NCBI GenBank assembly: GCA_001643675.2
Contig: LSRY02000042.1
Coordinates: 248,001-312,000 of the forward strand
Source: Monocercomonoides exilis PA203
Taxonomy: Eukaryota > Protista > Preaxostyla
Direction: 5' to 3'
DNA length: 64,000 nt
This document shows positions 13,001 through 25,626 of the stretch, in pieces; within the stretch, counting starts at the first letter, position 1, and every line of letters starts with the position of its first letter. A program made the translations under genes and the position numbers. The notes under the pieces are model-generated. The model was not told where the DNA came from, did no database searches, and saw only the letters and a list, made by a program, of their open reading frames with translations.

Positions 13001-16000
13001 GATTCCTCCCTGATAGTGGAAGAGACACGAATTGCTCAATGCTCTTGCTCCACTGCTCGCGGAAGAGGAGGCGGAGAATATTTGGAGTTTATGCAAAGAG
13101 GAGAATTGCTGTTTCTGTTCAAAAATGTGACATTTTCTGGAAACGAGGCATTTATTGGAAGAGACATTTTCATTGAATGCACAAATATTTCGAATCAAAT
13201 CAACGAGACACAGTTTGCAATGGATTTGAGGGCAGATTCTTTCATTCGTCTCAATGCAATTTATGGGATTGACCCGATGCTCTCCGAGCCTGTTGATCTG
13301 ATGGATCTGATCACGATATACCAGTCTGCTACGATTGTTGTTTCGACTATTTTTGGGAAAGGAGGAGTGAATGATAGGCAGTGTGGTACAAGCACCCATC
13401 CTTGCTTATCCCTTGGATATGGTGTTGGCCATCTTGTGGGAGACTTTCTGAGGATTGTAGCCATTGACGAGCAAAGCGAGATTGAAAAGGAAGTTGAGCT
13501 GAATGATATCACCATCCAATCGAAGAGCTTCACAAAATCCAAGTTGGTTGTTTCATCTGCAATTACTGCAGCTGATTTAACATTGATCAAAGCAAAAGGA
13601 AGAAATCGCCTTGAATCAGTCGACTTCCTGTTTGCAGACTCATTTTCATCAAATCACGAAACAATTCTGGAAATTGACGAAGGAAACATGCTGATTGCCG
13701 ATGTTACATTCAAGCCGGAGAATGCTAATACAAAAGCTTCTTTGAATGAGCTTATCCGGATGGAAGGCGGAATGTTGTTGCTCAGTCAAGTTTCAATCGA
13801 AAGAATTGATGCAACGACTCTGTGCACATTCAAAAAAGGAGCGTGTCAATTTCGTTCAGTTTCTTTAATAGATGTTACATCACTTCGAGATCTGTTTGTT
13901 GTGTTATGCGAAAGCATTTCGATGAAGGAAGTGGAAATAAAGAATGCAGAAAGCCAGAAGAGCATCTTCAGCTTGGATGGAGCTGAGAACAAAGTGCAGA
14001 GAATCTCAATGAGTGCTTCTTTATCAGAATGTATTGTCTCCAACGCATCTTGCAGAGGAAATAGTCCGATGATTTGTATCGGTAATAGAAGAAATGTGAG
14101 CTTGTCGAATTACTCTGTGAATCTTTCTCTGTCACAAGTTGAGAAAGGAATGATGATATCTTTGCTTTCTTGTTCTGAAATTTTAATGGATTCGTGTTCT
14201 TTCAAAGGAGAATTGGGAGCTTCGAAAGAGAATCGAATGAATGAGAATCTGACAGCTGTTTGTAGATGGAATGGATCTCTTGTTAACTTCGAGCAAAGCG
14301 TCGCCTTCATGAAAGACACAACGATCTCCAATTCATCAGTTGGAGGGTTGTCAGTGTCAGGTGGAAGCATCGAAATGACAAAAGGAGAATTTCTCGACAA
14401 CAATCCCAATATTGAGGGATACGCATCGGCTCGAAGAAACGTTATCTGTTCAGATTCCGGAGTGTTGAATGTTGCAAGCTTAAAAGGAGGAGATGGAGTG
14501 AAGGATAACTCATCTCTTTGGATTCTGAACGATGACTGCAAATTGGATGGGATAGCAGGTGAACGAATTTCTCCATTCTTCATTCCCATTTTGGATTTAG
14601 CAAAAATGGAAAAAGAGATTGATTCGGCAAAGATTGTTTTCGAGGGTTCGTTGCTTCTTCCCTGCAATCTTTCGTTCCAGCTTGTGGTGTCCATTGGTGA
14701 TGAAAAGTCGATCACTACGTTTTATTTCAAAGAGGATTCATTTGAGTTGGAAACATATGTCTTCTCTTTTATCAATTCAGACTTAATTAATTCAGCTCCC
14801 AATGAAGCAGAGATTTCAGTGAGAATTCTGTTTGGAACGTCAGATGCTCCTTCCTTCACTTCTGCAGCTGTGCTGAGGAACAGAAGCGAAACAGAAGCAA
14901 AAACAGACGAAATCACTGTTGAAAGTGGAAAAGGATATGGTTCTTCTTCAACAGTTATTATTATTGTGTTAGTAATAATTTTGTTGATTGTTCTTATAGT
15001 TGCCATTGTTCTGGCTGTTCGATGGAAAAAGGTGAAGAATGAAGCAAAAGATTTGAGAGAGATTGTGAATGACAACATCAGAAAAGATCCGAAAGCGTTT
15101 GAGATGGTGACGATGGAGATGTCACCGGAAGAGCAGTGGCGAAGAGCAGAGAGGGAGGCAGAGAAGAAGAATGAAGAAAGGATCAAGAAGAGAATACATG
15201 AGACGAATATGGAGCACTCAGAATCATCAGAGCATCTTCTATCTGAAAGTGGATCGACTGAATATATCCTTGGAAGAGACTCAGACAAGATTCCTCAATG
15301 GGCATTGGAGAAAGAAGAAGAAGAAGAGATTAGGAAGAGAACGCCTTCTCCGTCCATTTCATCCACTTCAACAACAGACACTTCAGACACAGATACCACT
15401 TTTGTTCGATCAGAGAGCATGTGCCCCACCACCTCTTCTATGTCGAACCTGGTGGATGCAATGGCCTGTTCATCGCCTCATGAGAAATTGATTGTGGATC
15501 TGAGGGATTCATTGTTCATGCTTCTTCATGGGAGGAACGAGAAGAAAGAGATGGCAATAGGCACTCTTAAAGAGAGGGAGCAGACAGCTGCCCAGATCCT
15601 GTTCTGGGTGGCTAATCTTGCACTTCATTCATTTGATGAGATGGAAAATCCGCTTCAATCGCTAGCCAATCTGAGTCCTCACATTGTGCTGTTCTCCGAA
15701 CACATGGTCATCTGCATTGTGACGCATTCTGATCTCCTTTTTTCTGATGATTCTGAATCTTCTTCCATCTCTTCTTCAACTTTTGTGACTTCGGCAAGTG
15801 ACGATGATGATGAAGATTCTCTTCTCTCATCAGCCTTTGAGGATGAGGAAGATAACAGAAAAGAGTGCCTGAGATGGAAAGCACCAGAATTGTTGATCAA
15901 CAAGAAGATGGAGGCAACAAAGAGCTCTGTGGCATTTTCAATTGGGATGATGTTGTGGGAGTGCCTAACTCTGCAGATCCCGTTTGGGGATTATGAAGGG

Positions 16001-16345
16001 GAGGTGGCAGGCCAGAAGATTGTGAATGGAGAGAGACCGAATATGAAAAAAGTTGAGGGGTCTCGATTGAAAGGAATGGTGGAAACAAGTGTGCTGGCTC
16101 AGATACCAGACAGAATTTCACTTTCAGAAATGAAGAGAGAATTCATTGGATTATTTCCTGCGAATGCAGCAATACTGACAGCGTCAGATGCGCTGTGCTA
16201 TGCAGGGGGAAGCAGAGAAGAAAGAGGCGAAAGCTTTGCTCGAAGAGACAGCAGAATAGTGGAATGTGTTCTAATTGATGAGCACAAAGACATTATAATT
16301 GTTGGGAAAGGAAACATCCCCGAAGATAAAAATGAAAAAAATTGA
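4036..16345 (+). CDS. Giant receptor-like protein (~4,000 aa): signal peptide, Pmp-like/parallel beta-helix ectodomain, single TM, tyrosine-kinase-like pseudokinase; disrupted (pseudogene or sequence errors)
   Basis: Signal-like MRLLCCIFFGLTLCFAS from ATG 4036, with a break near 4200-4250. ORFs 4251-6440 and 6510-7814 share a frame, separated by one TAG (6438). A frameshift in the A-run at ~7747-7752 joins 7778-16345. Many GGAI/GGGIY/GNGG and CG....PC..I repeats. TM STVIIIVLVIILLIVLIVAIVLAVRW (~14950-15025). Kinase-like RWKAPE and AFSIGMMLWECLTLQIPF. Confidence 0.8.
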
Positions 16346-17550
16346 AAATATGAAATAAAAGTGAGGAGAGATCATATCAAAAAGATTTTTAAGGAAGAAT
16401 CAAAAAAACAATGTATATTCGATTTGAGTAAATGATGTGTGTCTGATTATGAACACACACTCTTGATTTATTGGAAGCACAGTTACTGTTCATTGTCTCA
16501 TTTATGCTCGTGGAAAATGAGAATAATTCATCAAAAATTAATATTTATTCTTGATTCTCAATCATTTCTGAAGTTTTCTACAATTGTTTGTTATTCATTC
16601 AATTTTTTGCTTTTTTTTCTGTCCATTATAACAAATTCCATAAACAACTTTATTACAAAACTGGCTTGAGTGTTTTGTTGGAGTGGTCATTCAAAACTTT
16701 CAAATTATCTTCATTTTTATCAGACATTTTTTGGGAGTGAAGAATAAGTTTTTTTTTATCTTTTTCACCTTTAAAGTCAATTATTTTTGCATTTTTTTAA
16801 AAGTTTGTTTTATTTTCAAGTTCAAATGAAAATTTCAAAGTTAATATTCAATTTGGTTGTTTGGAAAGAGAAATTTTCATTTAACTCGAAGCAAACTGTT
16901 TCAATTTTGCATTTTGAGGCTTTTTTTCTTTGACAATCGATTTATATCTTCAGAATTTTTTGAAAATTATTTTGTTTGAAGAAAGTGGAACAAAGTGATA
17001 AATTTTTCATTTTGGTTTCATTTTTGTAATCGAGAATGAAAAATTGATAATTAATTTGTCCAATTCGATTAACAAACAATCAAACAGCTTTGCATATTTT
17101 TTATTATGTTTATTTCATAAAACATAGACAACAAGCAAATATCATGAAGTGAAAATTTTTCTTTTCAAAGAAAATACTTAATGAAGACAAAAAATATATA
17201 ATCATCGTTGATAAAAACAACACACATCCACATACATAAAGAAAATAATAAAAATATTGGAAAAAAAAAGAAAGAAAATAGAAAAAAATTTGTTCTTTGA
17301 AAAAAAAATAATTGGCAACTTGCTTTCGAAAATCACACTTTCATGAGTGTTTTGATCAAAAAATAATCCTTTTTGAAATTCTTGAAAAATAGGTTGTCGG
17401 AGAATTACAGTCATTCTCCACGAATCGAAAAAAAAGAAACGACATTGCAAGAATTTCCAAAAAGAGGTATTGTTTGATTAAAACCCTAATGAAAGTGTGA
17501 TTTTTGTAATAAGGTGCCAATTGCAATTGAACATGACTGTCATGTGAAGG

Positions 17551-18876
17551 TTATTGTAATTTGAAATCAATTTTTATCCCTTTTTTCACAAGCAGTCTCA
17601 CATACAGGATAAACGTAGGTATAAAATCCAATCCCATTCCAATGCCAAACATCAAGCATATTCCGTTCAACGTTGGCTTGTACACACCAGTCAAATAAAG
17701 AATGAACAGAATACCATAATAAAATCCATCAATGCATATTGATTGAATGAGCATGTATCCTGTTTTCCCCAGTCCGTAAAACGTGCTGTCGAAAACTGTC
17801 GAGTTGAATATGAATGTGACGTAGAAGCCTGTTTCAATGAGCACAACATTGAACACTTTGTTGTATTCAGAACAGTTCAACACATAGCGCAAAAACAGCT
17901 TCCACAAAGGGATGCTCACCAGCCATAACAAGGCGAATAGGGTAGCCATGCACAAATACCCGAAAGTTTTCGCTCGGATATTATCCTCAGATTCTCCAAC
18001 TTCTTTTTTCACAACATCTGCAAGAGCCAGCGAAGGAATTAACAACCATTGCCAAATAAAATTGTTTGCAACCCAATAAATCCCCTGTTCAGCCACAATA
18101 TTCACCATTCTGATGACCATCACCATGAAGACGACATTTCTCAATAATGATTCCAAACCGGAATACTTCCCAACACTGAGCCACTCCTTCAGCCAACAAA
18201 AATTCCATTTGGTTTTCACAAAGAAGCTTATGTTTTCTCTTCTCAGCAAGATTAATGCAACAATAAATATGACAAAATTGACAATGATATTCGAAATGGC
18301 AATTCCGTTAACTCCAATATTCAATGAAACTTCCAAAGTGCTCACCAAAAATGTGTCCAGAATGATCGTTAACAGCATCTGAATAATCAGCAAGATGAAC
18401 ATGTATTTTTCCTTTTTCAATGTCACAAGAACAAGTGAAATAAACCTCCACAGCGTTGAAAAGATTCCTCCAACAGTTTCTATTCTGACATATGTCACTG
18501 TCACATCAATAAGTTCATTATTTTGCGCCATGAAAACCACAAGAGGCTTTGCAGCAGAAACCAAAATTATGGACACTAAAACATAAACCGCTGCTGTGAC
18601 AGTTATTCCTGTTCTGACCTTGTTTGCAAACTCTTTCGAATCGTTCAATGACTTTCCCAAAAGATGGAAAAGAGGAAGGATCAAGGCTTCCTGGGCCACT
18701 TCATAAAACAAATTCACCCATGACATTTGGCTTGCAATATTCACCCCCGAATCGCTCGGTAACTCTCCAAGAAAAAAGATTCTGACTGTTTGATAAATTG
18801 TTGGCAAAATCATTGAAATGAATATTGCTGCCCAAAGTCTAATGTTCACAGTTTTGAAAGCTCTTAATAATTTCAT
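17551..18876 (-). CDS. MATE family (multidrug and toxic compound extrusion) transporter, bacterial type, intronless
   Basis: 441-aa intact ORF with about 12 hydrophobic helices in two halves; motifs LPTIYQTVRIFFLG, IASQMSWVNLFYE, ILDTFLV...IGVNGIAISN, SGLESLLRN, QGIYWVANNFIW recalled from bacterial MATE-like proteins. Confidence 0.8.
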   Translation of the reverse strand: MKLLRAFKTVNIRLWAAIFISMILPTIYQTVRIFFLGELPSDSGVNIASQMSWVNLFYEVAQEALILPLFHLLGKSLNDSKEFANKVRTGITVTAAVYVLVSIILVSAAKPLVVFMAQNNELIDVTVTYVRIETVGGIFSTLWRFISLVLVTLKKEKYMFILLIIQMLLTIILDTFLVSTLEVSLNIGVNGIAISNIIVNFVIFIVALILLRRENISFFVKTKWNFCWLKEWLSVGKYSGLESLLRNVVFMVMVIRMVNIVAEQGIYWVANNFIWQWLLIPSLALADVVKKEVGESEDNIRAKTFGYLCMATLFALLWLVSIPLWKLFLRYVLNCSEYNKVFNVVLIETGFYVTFIFNSTVFDSTFYGLGKTGYMLIQSICIDGFYYGILFILYLTGVYKPTLNGICLMFGIGMGLDFIPTFILYVRLLVKKGIKIDFKLQ

Positions 18877-19370
18877 GAAGGATAAATCGAATTACACTTC
18901 TTTGTTGATGAAAGAACTTTTCAGACAAACAGCAAGAAACGAGCACACAAATCTATTGAATGGTTTCGTTGATCAAAATATTCAAATCACTTTTTTAATA
19001 ATAATTGAAATCGAAATGATTCAAACAAAATGACAAAGCCAGGCGTTTGTAACAAAAAAAGCAGAAGCGATGCGTGTCAGTCGAAAGACAAAACTTGTTC
19101 CGGTTGGTTTTCTTTTCTAACTTTTTTTATTTATTTGATTGTTTATAGAAAATTGTTCACTTTATAAATTCTTCTTTGTTTTCACAAAAAAAATTATTGT
19201 TTGTGATTTCCAATGAATTTATTGACATTTGCCTTTTGATTTTAAATTTTACCTCATTTTGATTTAAACCAAAACCAAAAAGGAAATTTTTTACATCAAA
19301 AACAATAATGAGAACTTTGACAACATTTTGATTCAATTCAGATTTTATTAAAAAATTATAATAAATAAAG

Positions 19371-20260
19371 CTAAATATGGCTGCGTTGTCTGTTTTCATT
19401 CCATACAGTCCGTATCTGTCCAACCTCTTCCTTTAATAATCCATCTGAAGCACGACCAATTGACTGAAGCCAGCCTTCAGCAATTTTAGTGAATAAGTGC
19501 TTGATGGGTGCAAGTGGAAGACGATTGGCTGCAGAAGAATTGATTATAATAAGAGTCATTTTTGACATGAAGAAATTAATAGAAGAATCAATGAATAGGA
19601 ATTATTTCAGAGAGAAGATGTTGTTGTAACCGTCAGAAGTGATTGCTTCAACAATTCCCCCAAACTGAGAGCAAGAAAGGCAGATAAAAGAGAAGAGTCA
19701 GAAAAAGGGAAGGAAAAGAGATAAAAAGAGAGCAGGATTGCTGAAGTGTATGGTTCAAAGAAGAGTTGCTGTTCAGCAGCTCAACTGCTTCAGATAGCAT
19801 CATATCGCCTTTTGAAGAACAGACAGCCAAAAGAAGCGGATGCGGAATGAGCTGCTGAGGCACAAGAAGGGGCATTCAATAAGATGAGATTGCAATCGAT
19901 GGGAAAGGCAAATCTGCACGAACAAGAAGAATGAAGAGTTATGGGATAAATCAAGGCATAGAATTCTGATTTGAGCTGAAGGCTCTTTTGATGAGAAGTA
20001 GTTGTATATCAACTTTACGCCTCAGATTAGTTCATCCAAATAAAATATCATCTTCGTCCAAGGATCTCTTCCCTCTCTTTTTCCCAGGGCAGGATCTCAA
20101 ACAAAGCAATAAACCATCCTCTTCCCTTTCAGTTAAGCTCTTATGTCTGCCAGCATCTATTACTGAAGAGCATTCCAAAAAGTGAATGTTGCCATCTGCA
20201 AAAAACATAAAGTGCATATCTCGATAGATTGACAAAGACATGATGATAAAGTACGTGATG
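19371..20260 (-). pseudogene. Probable degraded coding remnant of unknown function
   Basis: Higher GC than flanks and protein-like reading segments broken by stops (e.g. FGGIVEAITSDGYNNIFSLK*...KHLFTKIAEGWLQSIG); no family recognised. Confidence 0.3.
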
Positions 20261-20433
20261 TGTCTTGTTCTCTTCTTCAGCTACAGAACTGGACTGTGTC
20301 AGTTTGTTTTGTGTGCTCTGTGCTTGCTCTGAAGAACAAGCAGATGAAGGAGGCGAGTCGCATGGATAACAGCGTTGAAAATGAGAAAGGAGAACCTGTT
20401 GTCATTCATAATGCGATTCAAATGTTATTTCTA

Positions 20434-21600
20434 TCATTTTGAAGTGATGATTCTTCCGATATCTGTGGCGTTGCAAGAGTCGAAGAGAGGGATTTCATCA
20501 ACTATTGATAATTTAGTAGGCAAAATTGAATTATCCCCTCTTTTATTCCATCTCAATCTCTTCAAAAGATGTGTGCTCTTTGTCTTTCGTGCAAAGAAGT
20601 TCATCGCCTGTGCCATCTTCGTTGCCTCTCCCTTTGTTTTCCTTGTCTTCACCTCATTCACCTCTGCATTGTGCTTCTTGCCCGTCTCCTGAATCTTCCT
20701 CTGATTCATCCGGATGATCTTGTCATTCTCCTGCAGCTTCTTCTCCAGCCAGCTCGTACGATTAGATTCGTTCTCTCACCATTCTCCCTCTGCCTCATCT
20801 GCTCCTTTTCCTTTTCCTTTTCCCACTTCTTCTTCTTATTCTTTTCTTTCTTCCAGCAAATGCAGCACAATCGCTTCGGGCAACAGAACCACATCTTCCA
20901 TCATTCATCCTCAGCCAAACCACTTCCAATCCCTTTCTCCGCAATCTCCCCTTCTTCTCACACATTGCAACCCCTCTCCCCATCACTTCATCGCTTTCTC
21001 GTCCAACTTCCCCACTTCACGTCTCGACTGCAGTTATCGCCATATCTGCAGCGAAGGGTCAAACAGATCGAAGAACGAAGAATGAACATTTACATCTGCT
21101 GCTGCAAAGATCCGCTTGCCCTCCGACTTCGTGACCACTGACACTGCAAGCGACGGAAACAGCTCCGCAAGTGGAAGTGAAAGCATCTCCAAAAGCGCCA
21201 CATTGTTCACACACACACACACACACAACACCCCCCGCTGCATCACAACATATCCCTTGAAGCGTCTGTTGCTCCTTCAGTTACGACTATCTGTGATTTT
21301 CATTCACTCCAGCCGCCTCTCGATGTTGTTTATTGCGGATTAAAATTAACAAAACACTTCAACAGATGCATCAGAAAGGCCAATCGCAGGTGCAGAGGAT
21401 GAAGATGAAGATGATGGCTTTTCATCTCCTGCTGCCTTCTTCTCTTCGCTTCTCCGTCTCTGGAATGGCGATGAAGTTCTGTGTGCTGCTTCAGATGAAG
21501 AAGAAGGATTTGAAATGAACGATGGTGAATTTGACATGGAAGAAGAAGAAGAAGAAGAAGAATTCAATGAAATACCCCCATCACCCAACATTTTCAATGA
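20434..21600 (-). pseudogene. Degraded paralog of the unknown gene at 57540-58499
   Basis: TKSEGKRIFAAADVNVHSSFFDLFDPSLQIWR*LQSRREVGKL aligns with TKSWRKRTFAEADVTAFQPILDLFDPSLQIWRSLQSRREVVKL. Synonymous differences identify this as the coding frame. Contains stops and frameshifts. Confidence 0.6.
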
Positions 21601-21779
21601 ATTGAATTTTTTATGCTCCTCTTTTCATTCTCTTTCTCTTCCACCTTTCTTTTTCTTTTTCTTCTTCTGTTAGTTTGACATGTTTCGTGTCATTTTGATT
21701 TGATATGTCTGTTTAAAAACCGAGTTGCGGAATTAATTCCGGAAAAAATTGAACTTTCCCGAACGGGGGAATATATTTT

Positions 21780-22290
21780 TTGTGATTTTTTATTTTTTGA
21801 ATTAATTAAAGAAGAAGAAGAAGGAGAAGAAGAAGAAGATGATGATGATGATGATGAAGAAGAATTAGAAGATTTTGAAGAATTAGAAGAAGAGGAGGAA
21901 GAAGAAGAAGAAGAAGAAATTGGTGAATTAGAAGAAGAGGAAGAAGAAGAGGAAGAAGAATTAGAAGAATTAGAAGAAGAAGAAGAAGAGGAGGAGGAGG
22001 AAGAGGAAGAAGGAGGGGGAGAAAAAGAAGAAGAAGAAGAAGGAGAAGAAGAAGAAAATGATGATGATGATGATAAAGGAAAGGGAAGAATAAGAAAGAT
22101 GAGGATGAAATGAAGAAATGAATGGAGAATCAGAAAAAAGATAGTCAAAAAGAAAAGATTTGAGGTTGATTTTGAGAGGAGAAGAAGAAGAATAGAGAAG
22201 GAGAGAAGAATTTGATGAAGAATAACAATTATTATTATTATCTGAATAGGAAGAAAAGGAAGAAGAAGGAGAAGAAGAAGAAGGAAAAGA
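21780..22290. repeat. GAA/GAG/GAT-rich low-complexity tract
   Basis: Long imperfect (GAA)n/(GAG)n/(GAT)n runs. Confidence 0.8.
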
Positions 22291-23721
22291 AATTTGATGA
22301 AATTGGATATGATTTCTTAATTCGATCAAGCAATTTATCTTTAAACTGATTGAAGATATTTGAAGATTATTATCCATTGGCATTTCCAAAAGATGAATTC
22401 AAACAGCAAAAAACAGAAGAAGAAGAAGAATATCAGTTGTGAGGGCTGTGCATGTGTATGATGGACCTTCATTATTCACAACAACTGCAAATGCTGAAAA
22501 ACACGACAAGAAATGTTTTCATTGAAGATGACAATGCTGCAGATGATGTATTTTGATAGTTTCAGATGAGAAATGAATGAAAAGGAAGGAATTTCTTCTG
22601 ATGGCTGCGCTGATTCCAGAAATAAAAAGAAGAAATGTTGAAAAAAAGGCTGAAAGTGATGTTCTTTCATTATTTGCTAGCCATTGAATTATGATTTGAC
22701 AGTCATTGAAGTCCAAGGAAGAATTTCTAGTTTGTTCAGCTAAGATAGAATTGAAATAAAAAGAATACTTGGATAATAGATCAGAATACCTTTCAGTCTC
22801 TCATCATTTTAATAGAAGAAAAATTAAGCTCTTTGATTTATCACTTCTGGTTTTCTTGTTAATTGAAGAAAAGTGTTATTGGTTTGTGTGTTTCATGAAT
22901 GTGGCTCATAGCACAGCTGTCTTTGTTGCATTTCTCATCCAGTCATCATCTGATCGAAAGAAAATGGCTTTCAGTTGTTAAGGGCGTTTGATAAACACCG
23001 AATTTAAAAAACTGATCATCAGTTACTGTTGCTGTTCCTCCATTTTTGAGTCCTTGCATCTTGTGAGTTGTAGATTGCCTTGTCGTAATTATTAAATTGC
23101 TCATTCGCTGTAAAACTTCTTTATCCCGTCTTTCTGCAACTTGCCTAATTTTTGTTTCGAATCTTCAATACTTTTTTTGTTTTTCATCTTTCAGTTCTTT
23201 CTTCTTCAATAATCCCTTGAATCATTTTGAATGAAAATTGAAAACTGAAAAAACGAGATAATAAACAGAATCCTTCATGCACACAAGCATTAATGGTCTC
23301 TGTCATTCGACTTCATCTTCTTTGAAAAAAGAATTCATTCTCATTTCTCTTTTTTGAGGATTTGCCTGTTTTGATTTTCTCCTCAGCAAACATCCTTATG
23401 AACATCAGATATTAATTCAATTCCATACAAAGAAGATATCTGACGCATGAGACAAAACGTCTCAAAATATGAAATCACTTTTTTTCATCACTATTTTTTG
23501 TTGGTTTGATCAAACAGAAACAAAACAATTTGTTTTTCTGGCTTTGTTCGGCTAAGATCATTCAATTTGCTGAATATTCTATCTTCACACTACATTTGTT
23601 AACAAAAACAATCTGTGGAGCATTGTTTTCTTTTCATTTTGCAAGATAATCGAATATGTTTGTTTTCGTCAATTATTGATTTTGTTCAACATATTTTGCA
23701 TTTTTTTTTACAATTAACAGA

Positions 23722-25194
23722 ATGACATTGTGCAAGGATGATAAATATATCGATGAACTTCAAGAGTTGCCGCCAACAAAAAAGTTTTTGAGTTTGAATA
23801 AAAAATTCAGTCTTTGGAATGTTCAGCTTCATGTTTTTTAATGATATCTTAAGAATTGTTTTCAAGGCTGGAAGATTGCAATGAAATCGAACAAAAAGTT
23901 AAAATACTTGAAATGAACGAAGTGATGGAAAAGATACATCAAAAAGAATTCCATTCTGTTTTCACAGAAGATCTGTTCAATAGAATGGATCAAATGATTG
24001 ATGTAGAGAAAATATCAATTAAAAATGCGTGTTTGTTGCTAAAACATCTGGGATATTGGAATATAATGAAAGATGCATCGGGAAGCAGTTTTTTTTATTC
24101 AAAATTGAACGGAAGATTTAAAGAGATGATTATTGATGAATATAAGAAAAAAGAAAAAGACGAAGCGCTGCTGGCTGATCTTTGTGAATGCTATTCAACA
24201 CTAGTATATGGAATTTCATATGACTTGAAATCAATTTGTGTGCCCTGTCTTGTGAAAGCTGGATTGAAGAAAGGGAACGATGAGAACACTAAAAAGGAAG
24301 TGGAAATAACTTTGCTGGCTTTGAATCATATGGGGTCATCTTCTGCATGATATATTTGTTTTTCAATTTATTAAATTATTTAACCTTTCTTATTGTAATT
24401 TTATTTTCATATTTTTTGCATAGGAAGTGCCAAAAGAACTGTATATCAATGAGATCAAGGAGATCATCGAATATCACCAGGAACATCACAATCTGACACG
24501 AATTGCCTATCAGTCTGCTTGGCAGTTTTTGATATGCAGAGTTTATTGGGACGAACCCATCAGAAGAGTTATTGTCAATGAACTTCATTTTGCAAGAGAG
24601 GCAATAAGAGAATTGGAAGAGTTGACAAAATGTGTGGATTGGAAGAGAGAGAAGGAAGAATGAGGGAAAGAGGGAAAAGAGACAGAAGAAGATCAAGTCT
24701 TATTGAGATGGCTGCAAAAATCGGAACATTATTTTTACAAATGCAAGTTGTGGAATGAAGAATTTCTTGAGCTTTTGAGCAGCATTGTTCGTGTGTATCG
24801 AGCATCGAGGGACAATTCCAGAGAAATCAGTAAGCAGTGCATTCGTGTAGTTGAAGCAGCAGCAGGAAACAGAGATATGAAAATTGATGGCCTGCTGAAA
24901 AGAGGAGCTATCGATGCTTTTTTGGAGGAGATACAGCAGCCAACGTTGAATGAATATGTTCTATTTGATTGCTTGAAATTTTTTTTGAATGTTTCAGAAA
25001 GATTGGATGAAGAGGAGAAGGATGAAATGGAAGAAGCGAAAAGAAAGGAAACGAAAAAGAAAGTATTTGAAAAGATGGAAGAAGAGGGATACGAAGATAA
25101 CATAACATGCTTTTTTGAAACTTTCGAGTATTTTCAAAGTTATGATGATTGTCATATATCGTTGGATGTTTGTGATTATCTTGTGTGTCTTTGA
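23722..25194 (+). pseudogene. Unknown alpha-helical family protein, copy 1; exons 23722-23791, 23854-24344, 24424-25194; in-frame TGA at 24661
   Basis: Family motifs EQKVKILEMNE, LLADLCECY, ICVPCLVK, KEVEITLLAL, AYQSAWQFL, NELHFAREAIRELEEL, MEEEGYED. Intron 2 has a GC donor. One internal stop between same-frame ORFs 24427-24663 and 24703-25194. Confidence 0.75.
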
Positions 25195-25626
25195 GGAAAT
25201 TAGAAGAATTTCAATTAGAAATCAAAAAATAAAAAGAATGATGAAAAAACTTACATTTTTTCCTTATCCTCCATTTTTTGCATTGAACATTTCAGCTTTT
25301 ATTACCAAGAAATTTTTTCATTGAATGAGTTTTTCTTTAATTTGATTGTACTTTCGAAGTGGTTAATTTTTCTTTTCAATATAAATAGAGAGAAATTCAA
25401 CAAGCTTGATTCTTTTCTTGTTGATTTTTTATATTTCTCATTTTCAATTATATTCTTTTTTTACAAACGTTCATTTTTCTTGAAAAGTCTTGATATTCTT
25501 TGAGAAAACACTTTCATCTATTTTGCAAATCATAATTCTTATTGTGTTGAATGAATGAGTGTTCTGCACAAAAAGCAATAAAAAAAGGAAATGCAAAAAG
25601 ATGAAACAAATATTTGTTCAGATAAA

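Noticed and set aside
4251-18876. Genome-wide TAA/TAG=Gln code suggested by TAG 6438
   Set aside because: The 2855-aa and 1109-aa ORFs have no internal TAR, and the MATE gene ends at TAA at its expected length.
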